Shown here in pieces: positions 17,568 to 24,861 of a DNA stretch of 44,215 bases. A model generated the notes under the pieces. It saw only the letters and a program-made list of their open reading frames with translations, was not told where the DNA came from and did no database searches. A program made the position numbers and the translations under genes. Positions within the stretch are counted from its first letter, which is position 1; every line of letters starts with the position of its first letter. Source of the DNA: a virus (taxonomy: Duplodnaviria; Caudoviricetes); IMG/VR virus record IMGVR_UViG_3300048599_000177, positions 1 to 44,215 of that record. One strand, given 5' to 3'.

Positions 17568-17810
17568 GAGGGACGCGTTTGGTCCCCGAGGGACGCGTTT
17601 TCGAGGCCCAGGGACGCATTTTTCGAGTACGTGTCCCTTATCGGGAAACGCGTCCCATGCGTCCCTCCCCCCTAAGGAATGGGTCGAAAACGTGTCCCTG
17701 CCCCTCCGAGAGGGACGCATGGGACGTATTTCCCCCACTCACGACGTATCGCGCGGGCGTGCGTAGAGGAACTTTCCGGCGCGGGTTCAAACGCGTCCCA
17801 TGCGTCCCAA
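17568..17810. repeat. Iteron-like GGGAC(G/A) repeat array, probable replication origin
   Basis: About 11 copies in both orientations: forward at 17570, 17590, 17611, 17712, 17721; reverse ending 17637, 17656, 17665, 17698, 17799, 17808. Many have T/A tails. Confidence 0.75.
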
Positions 17811-17829
17811 TCGGTCTCGGAGGGCTCCT

Positions 17830-18261
17830 GTGAGCCCCGCCGCGATGAGCCCGTGGCTGCGCCGGATCCTCGTCGACAAGGGGGTAATGGACCACCAGGG
17901 AGTCACGCGCCGCGCCCGAGTCCGGCGCCATCCAAGCTGCGGCATGCCGACGCTCGCCGGCTTCGACAGCCACGTGCTCGCCTGGACCGTCTGGCTGGAC
18001 CTGACCGAGCTGTCCCGGCGTGGCGAGGCGCTCGCGATCCTCGACGGCCGACGCACCTACGAGCTGTGGGTCGTCGCCCTCGGCTTCGAGATCGAGCACC
18101 GCGACCGGTGGCGCGTCGCCGGCCATCCCGCCGACACGCCCGGCACCCACCCCGTGCTCTGCGACCACCGTTGCAGCGCGCCCGTGCCCCGCTCGTGGGC
18201 CTCACAGCACCACCACGCCACGTACGCCCCCGACCCGACCAACGACATCCCGCCGTTCTAG
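17830..18261 (+). CDS. Hypothetical protein
   Basis: GTG with GGAGG RBS; H.C motifs; ends DIPPF. Confidence 0.7.
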   Translation: MSPAAMSPWLRRILVDKGVMDHQGVTRRARVRRHPSCGMPTLAGFDSHVLAWTVWLDLTELSRRGEALAILDGRRTYELWVVALGFEIEHRDRWRVAGHPADTPGTHPVLCDHRCSAPVPRSWASQHHHATYAPDPTNDIPPF

Positions 18262-18272
18262 GAGGCCCGCAC

Positions 18273-18485
18273 ATGCCCGCACAGCCCCGCGTCGTCGCAG
18301 GACGACGGATCCACGTCAGGATCGAAGACGCCCACGGCAAGTCCGACGACGCCGGCGAGTGGGAGGTGTTCTGCCCTGGCACGGTGGAAGGCCGATGGTG
18401 GGCGATCCGACGAAGTCCCTACCGCGAGATCGAGGTGTACGCCGTCACCGAGCGCGACGGCTCGCTGCACTGGAAGATCGCATGA
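18273..18485 (+). CDS. Small hypothetical protein
   Basis: AGGAGG RBS; MPAQPRVV; ATGA overlap with the glycosyltransferase. Confidence 0.65.
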   Translation: MPAQPRVVAGRRIHVRIEDAHGKSDDAGEWEVFCPGTVEGRWWAIRRSPYREIEVYAVTERDGSLHWKIA

Positions 18486-19444
18486 AGGTCTTCGCCTGGG
18501 TCCACCTGTACGCGCCCGACCACTGCGCCGGCGCCGAGATGATGCTCCACGAGATCCTCGTCGCGCTGCAGGCCCGCGGCCACCACGTCGCCGTCGCCTG
18601 CGACACGTCCAGCGTCGAGACCTTCGAGGGCGTGCCGATCATCCCCCGCCGGAGCAACGTGCTTGACACGAAGACGGAGCGCCGCGGCCTCGTCGCCGGC
18701 AGCGACATCGTCATCACGCACCTGGACCGCACCCGCGAGGTGATCGACGCCGTCGCCCGGACGCGACCGATCGTCCACCTCGTGCACAACGACCGCCAGC
18801 TCCGGTTCCACCGTGTGCGACCCGTCGACGCGCAGCTCATCGTCGCGAACAGCCGATGGATCGAGCGCGGCCTGCGCTGGCGTGGACGCACCATCGTCGT
18901 CCCGCCGCCCGTGCACGCCGAGCGGTACCGCGTGCCCCGCGACGGCGCTGAGGCGATCACCCTCGTCAACCTGTCCGAGGCGAAAGGCGCCGACCTGTTC
19001 TGGAAGCTCGCCGCGCTCATGCCCCGCGAGAGGTTCATCGGCGTCGTCGGCGGCTACGGCCCGCAGATCATCCCCAGGGTCATCCCGTCCAACGTCACGA
19101 TCATCGAGCATGGACCCGATATCCGCTCGGCGTACAACCGCACCCGGATCCTGCTGTGCCCCAGCTCGTACGAGTCGTGGGGACGCGTCGGCATCGAAGC
19201 AGCCGCGTCCGGCATCCCCACGATCGCGCACCCGACGCCCGGACTCCTCGAGTCGCTGCGTGGCTCCGGCACGTTCGTCGACCGTGACGACGTCGACGGC
19301 TGGGTGCAGGAGATCGCGACGCTCGACGATCCCGCGATCTATGCCGCTCGCTCTCGTCAGGCGCTCCTGCGCTCCGACCAGCTCGACCCGACCCGATCCA
19401 TCGACCTCCTCGAGCAGCGCATGCTCGAGCTCACGGAAGGCTGA
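18482..19444 (+). CDS. Glycosyltransferase family 4 (GT-B fold)
   Basis: GAE...L...L...GH.V N-terminus; KG motif; PSSYESWGRVGIEAAASGIP (E-x7-E). Confidence 0.9.
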   Translation: MKVFAWVHLYAPDHCAGAEMMLHEILVALQARGHHVAVACDTSSVETFEGVPIIPRRSNVLDTKTERRGLVAGSDIVITHLDRTREVIDAVARTRPIVHLVHNDRQLRFHRVRPVDAQLIVANSRWIERGLRWRGRTIVVPPPVHAERYRVPRDGAEAITLVNLSEAKGADLFWKLAALMPRERFIGVVGGYGPQIIPRVIPSNVTIIEHGPDIRSAYNRTRILLCPSSYESWGRVGIEAAASGIPTIAHPTPGLLESLRGSGTFVDRDDVDGWVQEIATLDDPAIYAARSRQALLRSDQLDPTRSIDLLEQRMLELTEG

Positions 19445-19446
19445 CC

Positions 19447-19959
19447 ATGCCCACATCGGTCCTGCTCGTCGCCGAGCGCGCGATCACGTACGCCGGCACT
19501 ATCGCCCCGACCCCGCGCACCGTGCTCGACGTCGGCCCCGGCTACGGCAAGTACGGCGTGCTGCTGCGCGAGTACCTCGACCCGACGCCGGTCCGCATAG
19601 ATGCCGTCGAGGCGTGGGAGCCGTACATCGTCGAGCACCGGCTCGACGGCATCTACAACGCCGTGGCTAACCAGCCCGCAGAGGTCGTGGAGGCACACCT
19701 GATCGGCGCTTACGACCTCGTGATGATGGGCGACGTCATCGAGCACATCGAGAAGGAAGCCGCCCTGGACTTCCTCGACCGCTGCCGCGGGTGGGTCGTG
19801 ATCGCGACGCCCGTCGAGCACTTTGACACCGGCCCCGACCTGCCGCCGACGGAGGCGCACGTCTCGCACTGGACGTTCGCCGACTTCGAGGCGACCGGCC
19901 GGCTCGATCGGCACGAGATCGCGTACGGCGCGCATGTCGTGCGGCTGGCGCCCCGATGA
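19447..19959 (+). CDS. Class I SAM-dependent methyltransferase
   Basis: VLDVGPGYGKYG; YDLVMMGDVIEH. Confidence 0.85.
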   Translation: MPTSVLLVAERAITYAGTIAPTPRTVLDVGPGYGKYGVLLREYLDPTPVRIDAVEAWEPYIVEHRLDGIYNAVANQPAEVVEAHLIGAYDLVMMGDVIEHIEKEAALDFLDRCRGWVVIATPVEHFDTGPDLPPTEAHVSHWTFADFEATGRLDRHEIAYGAHVVRLAPR

Positions 19960-20183
19960 GCGCCCCCAACGTCTACGGCCTCGAGATGGCCGACCTTCCC
20001 GAGGGATGGACGCCACTGTCTGCGGTCGTCATCGTCAAGGCGCTCAACGAGGACGGCCGGCCGGTGTGGGCCTCACGGATCTCCGAGGATCTCACCAGTG
20101 TCGAGGCGCTCGGCATGCTGCAGATGGTCGAGGCGTGGACCCTCGATGACCTGCGCGACGCCCAGGAGGGGGACGACCAGTGA
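19956..20183 (+). CDS. Small acidic hypothetical protein
   Basis: Coupled at both ends. Confidence 0.65.
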   Translation: MSAPNVYGLEMADLPEGWTPLSAVVIVKALNEDGRPVWASRISEDLTSVEALGMLQMVEAWTLDDLRDAQEGDDQ

Positions 20184-20878
20184 GCGCGGAGACGTCGATC
20201 GCGTGCGCGATCATGGCCCACCCGCAGCGGCGCGACCTGGCGTTTGATCTCGCCGACCGCCTCGCGAACGGCGAGCACGACGAGCTCCCCGGGTTCATCT
20301 CCATGGACATCGCAGGCGAAGGCGAGATCGTCAACGGTCTGCGCGCATGGGCCCTCGCGGCGTCCGTCGCTGACGATCTCGGCTGCTCGTGGTGTGTCGT
20401 GCTGCAGGACGACGCCGAGCCGATTCATGACTTCCAGCAGCAGGCCCGACTCGCGCTCGCCCACGCCCCGCAGACAGCGGTGTCGTTCTACGTCGGCGCC
20501 GGCCGGCCACGGCAGACGCTCGTCCGCGAGGCGATCGACCTGGCGACGATGCGCCGCGCCGCGTGGCTCGAGCATCGAGACCTGCTGTGGGGTGTCGCTG
20601 TCGCCATGCCGACCCGCGACGTCGCCGGCTTCCTGGCGTGGGCCCGGCGAGAGGGGGGAGGGGATACCCCCCGCCCCCGGTCATACGACCTGCTGATCGG
20701 TGCGTACTGGCGCCAGCAAGGCATTCCCGTGCGGTACACCTGGCCGTCGCTCGTCGACCACGACGACCGCACGCCGAGCCTGCTCGGCAACGATCGAACA
20801 CCGTCCAGCGGTCCCCGTATCGCGCACTGCGTCGGCGTCCCCGAGCGCTGGGATACTCCGGCGGTGACGATCCGATGA
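20180..20878 (+). CDS. Putative glycosyltransferase (GT-A-like)
   Basis: IMAHP.R, WCVVLQDDA (DxD-like), PSLVDH, as in actinophage GT-A-like proteins. Confidence 0.7.
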   Translation: MSAETSIACAIMAHPQRRDLAFDLADRLANGEHDELPGFISMDIAGEGEIVNGLRAWALAASVADDLGCSWCVVLQDDAEPIHDFQQQARLALAHAPQTAVSFYVGAGRPRQTLVREAIDLATMRRAAWLEHRDLLWGVAVAMPTRDVAGFLAWARREGGGDTPRPRSYDLLIGAYWRQQGIPVRYTWPSLVDHDDRTPSLLGNDRTPSSGPRIAHCVGVPERWDTPAVTIR

Positions 20879-20964
20879 TCGCCGTGGCCGCCCTGCTCGT
20901 CGACCTGCTGCTCGCCTGGCCGATCCGCCTCGTCGGATGGCTGGACCGTCGCCACCTCGGATAG
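20875..20964 (+). CDS. 29-aa hydrophobic peptide
   Basis: ATGA-coupled MIAVAALLVDLLLAWPIRLVGWLDRRHLG. Confidence 0.45.
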   Translation: MIAVAALLVDLLLAWPIRLVGWLDRRHLG

Positions 20965-21005
20965 TGTCCAACCGCTAGACAAGTATGCGTCGCCACCGGT
21001 AGCGT
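20963..21005 (+). promoter_or_regulatory. Operator AGTGTCCA-N4-CTAGACA overlapping promoter TAGACA-N18-TAGCGT
   Basis: The same motif recurs at 23615-23633; lies upstream of the small HTH gene. Confidence 0.55.
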
Positions 21006-21030
21006 GCCCGTCGAAGGGCAGGAGGCAGGG

Positions 21031-21267
21031 GTGGCACGCACGCCAACGGTCGTCAGCGCACGCGACGAGCGACTGCTGCGTGCCGCCACTGCCGCCGTCG
21101 AGCAGGCCACCGCGCGCCGCGACAAGGCCATCATCGAGGCGCACGCCAACGGTGTGCCTGTCACCCGGATCGCCGAGTACACGGGCCTGGCCCGTCAGGT
21201 GATCTACAACCGACTCCACGCAGCCGGCGCCCTAGAAGACGACTCCTCGGAGCCGTCTGTCGGCTGA
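21031..21267 (+). CDS. Small HTH transcriptional regulator
   Basis: RDKAIIEAHANGVPVTRIAEYTGLARQVIYNRL; GGAGG RBS; GTG at 21031. Confidence 0.8.
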   Translation: MARTPTVVSARDERLLRAATAAVEQATARRDKAIIEAHANGVPVTRIAEYTGLARQVIYNRLHAAGALEDDSSEPSVG

Positions 21268-21274
21268 GTGGAAC

Positions 21275-21317
21275 GACGAGGCCCGAGCCGGTCGACGGAT
21301 CGCGCTCGGGCCTCGTC
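21275..21317. terminator. 14-bp perfect stem hairpin
   Basis: gacgaggcccgagc pairs with gctcgggcctcgtc. Confidence 0.65.
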
Positions 21318-21343
21318 ACACGTGAAGCGTTGCGGCGCAACGG

Positions 21344-21396
21344 GTTTATCGTCGCCGCCGTTTAGGGTTTACGGGGTTTACCGTTTAGCTCGTTTA
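21344..21396. repeat. Six GTTTA repeats with 16-bp periodicity
   Basis: At 21344, 21360, 21367, 21376, 21383 and 21392 (gaps 16, 7, 9, 7, 9). Confidence 0.7.
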
Positions 21397-21469
21397 GGGC
21401 TCCACCGCATCCACCGCCACCGCTGCCCGCCATGGTTGGACCATCGGCGTCGAGCACCGCCGTGGGCGA

Positions 21470-21516
21470 TCGAACGCCTGTTCGATGGACGCCTGTTCGA
21501 TCGAACGAGTGTTCGG
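21470..21516. promoter_or_regulatory. Tandem LexA (SOS) boxes
   Basis: TCGAACGCCTGTTCGA (perfect, 21470-85), ATGGACGCCTGTTCGA (21485-500), TCGAACGAGTGTTCGG (21501-16). Confidence 0.75.
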
Positions 21517-21714
21517 CTGCCCCCGGTCGACGCCCCACCGGCGCCGGCGCCCCACGGGCGCCCGACGACCGACGGCGCATCGCCTCGCGTCAACGGTTCG
21601 CACGCCGCGCGCCCAGCTCCCCCGGGCGCCCCTAGGCGGTCGTGCTCGACGACGGTACGCCCGTTGCCGACGGTATGCGGTTGTCAATGTGCAACGCGCG
21701 AGCTGCGCGCCAGT

Positions 21715-21779
21715 CGCCTAGCGACCACGGAAAGCCACGGGCGCGCGCGGCGACCGTGGCTGACCGTGATGACTAGGCG
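21715..21779. repeat. CTAG-closed palindromic element A
   Basis: cgcctag...cacgg..agccacgg-loop-ccgtggct..ccgtg...ctaggcg; 56/61 identical to element B. Confidence 0.85.
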
Positions 21780-22378
21780 GCCGCGAGCTCGAGCAGGTCA
21801 GCCGCGTAGGTGGCCCGCTCGGCCGCGAGATCGGCCGCCCGCCACTGCGCGCCGATCTCGGTTGCGGCTTCCTCCCATGCGAGGAAGTGCGCGCCCCGCG
21901 CGTCGACGTCGTCGCGGGCGTAGATCACACAGAACCGATCGAACGCAAGCGCCCGCATGGCGTCATCGTCAGTGTCGTCTATCGGGTGAGCGTCAGCGCC
22001 GACCGTGAATCGGTCGGCCGATTCGCAGTGCTCGCGCCATGCGTCGGTGATCTCGCCGATCAACCGACGGCACGAGCCGCACGCCACGACAGGGGCGCCC
22101 GACGCGACCAAGAATCCTGGCACGTCGTCGGCCGTGACGACGTGCGGCGAATTGCCGTCGTTGTCGGCCATGTGCTCGACCATCTCGGCGCCGTACTCGG
22201 CCGCCCAGTCCGTACTACCGTCGGAGATGATCCGATCAAGGTTCATCGCGCCGAATCGCAGTGCGGCGCAATCGTTGCAGTGCGTGTCTGCGTCGTAGGT
22301 CCACGCCACGACTGGAACGGTCGTGCGCCAACCATTCAACGCGAACGAGATATCGGAATGGTGCGTGTCCAGCGTCAT
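21773..22378 (-). CDS. Hypothetical protein (two CxxC)
   Basis: AGGAAGG RBS; WTYDADTHCNDC ... ACGSC; the stop TAG is part of element A. Confidence 0.75.
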   Translation of the reverse strand: MTLDTHHSDISFALNGWRTTVPVVAWTYDADTHCNDCAALRFGAMNLDRIISDGSTDWAAEYGAEMVEHMADNDGNSPHVVTADDVPGFLVASGAPVVACGSCRRLIGEITDAWREHCESADRFTVGADAHPIDDTDDDAMRALAFDRFCVIYARDDVDARGAHFLAWEEAATEIGAQWRAADLAAERATYAADLLELAAA

Positions 22379-22403
22379 CGTTATGGCCCTTCCTGTAATC
22401 GGT

Positions 22404-22466
22404 CCCTAGTGACCGCGGAAAGCCACGGGCGCGCGCGGCGACCGTGGCTAACCGTGACGGCTAGGG
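22404..22466. repeat. CTAG-closed palindromic element B
   Basis: ccctag...ctaggg, direct repeat of element A. Confidence 0.85.
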
Positions 22467-22468
22467 CC

Positions 22469-22888
22469 CTACTGGTGGTCGGGTCCAGCACGTCGAGCGC
22501 CTCCAGTCGGCTCGACAGCTACTAGCGCGCCGGACATGTCGCCCCCGGCGCACCACTGGAACCGGCCACGACGAATCGACCGCCGGTCCGGATGCGCCGG
22601 GAACGCATCACCATCGCTGACCGTGCGGACGGCGCCGCACCCGTCGGGGCACTCAGTAGGCCCGTCGCCGTGGTCGATCTCGAATAGGCACCGCGCCGAC
22701 GGCGTTGGGTCGCACCCGTCGCACCAGTCAGCGCCGCACGTCCCGCACGAAGTCTGTTCGTGCACTCCGGCGCCCCCGCACGCGCGGCACCGGTACGACA
22801 TTTCCCGACATCCTTGGGGAGCGAAAGTCTCAGCCCCGCATCCCTCGCACGGGATCCGAACGCCCGTGTTCCGCACTTCGGCGCTCAC
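22469..22888 (-). CDS. Cys-rich zinc-finger hypothetical protein
   Basis: Four CxxC pairs plus CxxxC; GTGA overlap with the upstream gene. Confidence 0.6.
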   Translation of the reverse strand: MSAEVRNTGVRIPCEGCGAETFAPQGCREMSYRCRACGGAGVHEQTSCGTCGADWCDGCDPTPSARCLFEIDHGDGPTECPDGCGAVRTVSDGDAFPAHPDRRSIRRGRFQWCAGGDMSGALVAVEPTGGARRAGPDHQ

Positions 22889-23265
22889 AGTGCGCCCCCA
22901 CCATCGCCGCGCATCGCGTCAATGCACTCGTACCAGTTGACCCGCCATAGCGAGCCAATATCGGCGGCCGCGTCAGCCAGGGCGGACGGCCATTCGTCGC
23001 CGTACTCGTCGGCGTATCCCGACCGCGTGAACAGTGACTCAGCCCAGTTCCTGAGTGCGTCGGCCGCCGTCGTGTGCACGAATGCCGTGCGCATCTCGTC
23101 GTCGTCCGGCATGTCGGGCCCCCACTCGGCGCCAGCGGCGGCCGTATGGACGCACTCGCGCGCACTGCTGTAGAGCCCTTCGTCGTTGTCTACGTAGAGC
23201 ATGAACGCCCACGTTTCGCGGTTCGTCCACCCGTTGTGACGGTCGTTGGTCTCGGTCATCGTCAT
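22885..23265 (-). CDS. Hypothetical phage protein (NGWTN.ETW family)
   Basis: HNGWTNRETWAFMLYVDNDEGLY is a recurrent phage motif; VNW.E near the C-terminus. Confidence 0.75.
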   Translation of the reverse strand: MTMTETNDRHNGWTNRETWAFMLYVDNDEGLYSSARECVHTAAAGAEWGPDMPDDDEMRTAFVHTTAADALRNWAESLFTRSGYADEYGDEWPSALADAAADIGSLWRVNWYECIDAMRGDGGGAL

Positions 23266-23289
23266 GACTCTTTCTGTGATGCGGCGCCC

Positions 23290-23342
23290 CTAGTGGTGCC
23301 GTCGTGCCGCGCCCCCGGATCGCACGAGGGCAAGCGCACTAG
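23290..23342. repeat. CTAG-closed palindromic element C (left arm repeated at 23585-23610)
   Basis: ctagtg-gtgcc-gtcgtgc-loop-gcacga-gggca-agcg-cactag; the upstream gene's stop lies in the CTAG. Confidence 0.7.
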
Positions 23343-23575
23343 CGCGCGGCGACGATCTCTACGTCGTGGTCTAGCCGCGCCCATGTCCCATCGGGGAACG
23401 TGACGCAGGGGTACATGCCGTTAGGCGTGAAGTGCGTGATGGTGCCGACCGAGCGAGTGCCGTCCCATGACGTGTGCACCGCATCCAGTCCGGTCCACGT
23501 CTCGCGGTAGGCGTCGCTGCCCTCAGCCGCGAGCCGGCGGGCGCTGAGTGTCGTGCGTCGAGTGATCATCGCCAT
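23339..23575 (-). CDS. Small hypothetical protein
   Basis: AAGGGG RBS; first gene of the leftward operon. Confidence 0.65.
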   Translation of the reverse strand: MAMITRRTTLSARRLAAEGSDAYRETWTGLDAVHTSWDGTRSVGTITHFTPNGMYPCVTFPDGTWARLDHDVEIVAAR

Positions 23576-23614
23576 TCCCCTTGCCTAGTGGCGCGCCGTC
23601 GTGCGCGCCCCATA

Positions 23615-23643
23615 AGTGTCCATCACCTAGACAGTAATAGCAA
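23615..23643 (-). promoter_or_regulatory. Leftward operon promoter (TTGCTA-N17-GACACT) containing second operator copy
   Basis: agtgtccatcacctagaca (23615-33) versus agtgtccaaccgctagaca (20963-81). Confidence 0.5.
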
Positions 23644-24012
23644 GGCGAACACGCCATTACCTAGGCGCCCCAGCGTGCAGCTCGCACCGGCATCGCTCGC
23701 CTATTGGGCCGTGCGCCATTACCACGGCCACCAGCTCGACGCCCGCACAGCCACGCACAGCAGCTCGACGCGCGCCCGGCGCGCCGCAGCTCGACCAGTC
23801 AACCGACGACCCACCATGGCCGTCAGGGCCCCGCCACCGGGGGGCAGGAGCTCCCCCTGGGCCACGCGAGCCCGTCGGCGCGAGGCTCCGCGCGCTGTGT
23901 ACGGGTTCCGAGGCTTTCGCCCGGCCCCCGCCGCCGCTCACCCCCACCGAGGGGAGATGTATTTGTGTAACCCTCCTGGACAGAAATGGTCACGAGTGCT
24001 CAGGAGGGGTCG

Positions 24013-24354
24013 GTGCCGCGCCTGACGGTCTGCCCAGCGGCGGGGTGCCCCGAGCTGGTGCCCCTGGGTCAGCGCTGCGATCGGCACAAGCGGAAGCCGT
24101 GGTCGAACACGTCGCGTCGCAACCTCGAGCGGCCGGCGGACTGGCCGAAGCGTGTGGGCCAGGTCCGTCACCGCGACAAGGGCAGGTGCCGATGGCCGGG
24201 GTGTCGTCGCAAGGGTGACGAGGTCGATCACATCGTCGAGGTGGCCGACGGCGGGTCGTGGGAGCTCGACAATCTTCGCCTGCTGTGCACGCCGCATCAC
24301 AAGGCGAAGACCGCGGCTGCGCGGGCGGCGCGCGCTGAGCGACGGGCGGGCTGA
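24013..24354 (+). CDS. HNH endonuclease (packaging-associated)
   Basis: RD..RC...GC......VDHI....GG...L.NL..LC..HH..KT; AGGAGG RBS; directly before terS. Confidence 0.9.
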   Translation: MPRLTVCPAAGCPELVPLGQRCDRHKRKPWSNTSRRNLERPADWPKRVGQVRHRDKGRCRWPGCRRKGDEVDHIVEVADGGSWELDNLRLLCTPHHKAKTAAARAARAERRAG

Positions 24355-24355
24355 C

Positions 24356-24859
24356 GTGCCAGGCCCCGCACCGAAGGATCCCGCAGCGCGTGCTCGACGG
24401 AACAAGACGTCGACGAACGCCGTGCTCAAGCGGCCGACCGAGCCGATCATCCCGGACCTGCCCCCGAGTCCGGGCGGTCGCCGGCGGTGGCGTCAGTCGA
24501 CGCGGGACTGGTGGGCCTCGTTCTGGTCGTCGCCGATGGCGACGCAGGTCGACACCGACAGCGAGTTCCACATCATCTTGCGGTACGCGATCCTCAAGGA
24601 CTCCCTCGAGCGGGCAACGGACGAGGGCCTCGTCGATCGCATGGTGAAGCTCTCGGCCGAGCTGCGCATGATCGAGAAGGACTACGGGATGACGCCGATG
24701 CCGCGTCGTTCGCTGCAGTGGCAGATCGACTGGTCGCAGGACCGCAACGACGCACGCAACCAGGACCGAGACGCCGACGCGGACCCCCGGGGTCCGGGCG
24801 AGGCGGCCCCCCCGCGTGAGCGACCAGAGGATCCGCGGCTTCGTCTGGTGGTGAGCTAG
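24356..24859 (+). CDS. terS: Terminase small subunit
   Basis: PGPAPKDP..R.RRN start; ELR..E..YG.TP..R..L.W. Confidence 0.85.
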   Translation: MPGPAPKDPAARARRNKTSTNAVLKRPTEPIIPDLPPSPGGRRRWRQSTRDWWASFWSSPMATQVDTDSEFHIILRYAILKDSLERATDEGLVDRMVKLSAELRMIEKDYGMTPMPRRSLQWQIDWSQDRNDARNQDRDADADPRGPGEAAPPRERPEDPRLRLVVS

Positions 24860-24861
24860 CG

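Noticed and set aside
14883-17738. Long antisense ORFs (951 aa here; also 12823-14502, 26323-28200, 28861-30984, 33434-35617)
   Set aside because: These are shadows of real high-GC3 genes on the opposite strand, with no motifs and Arg/Gly/Ala-rich composition.
17568-17810. Repeat array as a mini-CRISPR
   Set aside because: Repeats are about 7-11 bp, in both orientations and irregularly spaced, which fits iterons.
21268-22008. ORFs predicted across 21268-21770 on either strand
   Set aside because: No RBS, low-complexity Arg/Pro translation, and they cross a terminator, SOS boxes and palindromes. A very short peptide cannot be excluded.
21715-22466. Elements A/B as canonical integron attC sites or IS ends
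   Set aside because: No RYYYAAC/GTTRRRY boxes, and no integron integrase or transposase was recognised. Kept only as an architectural analogy.
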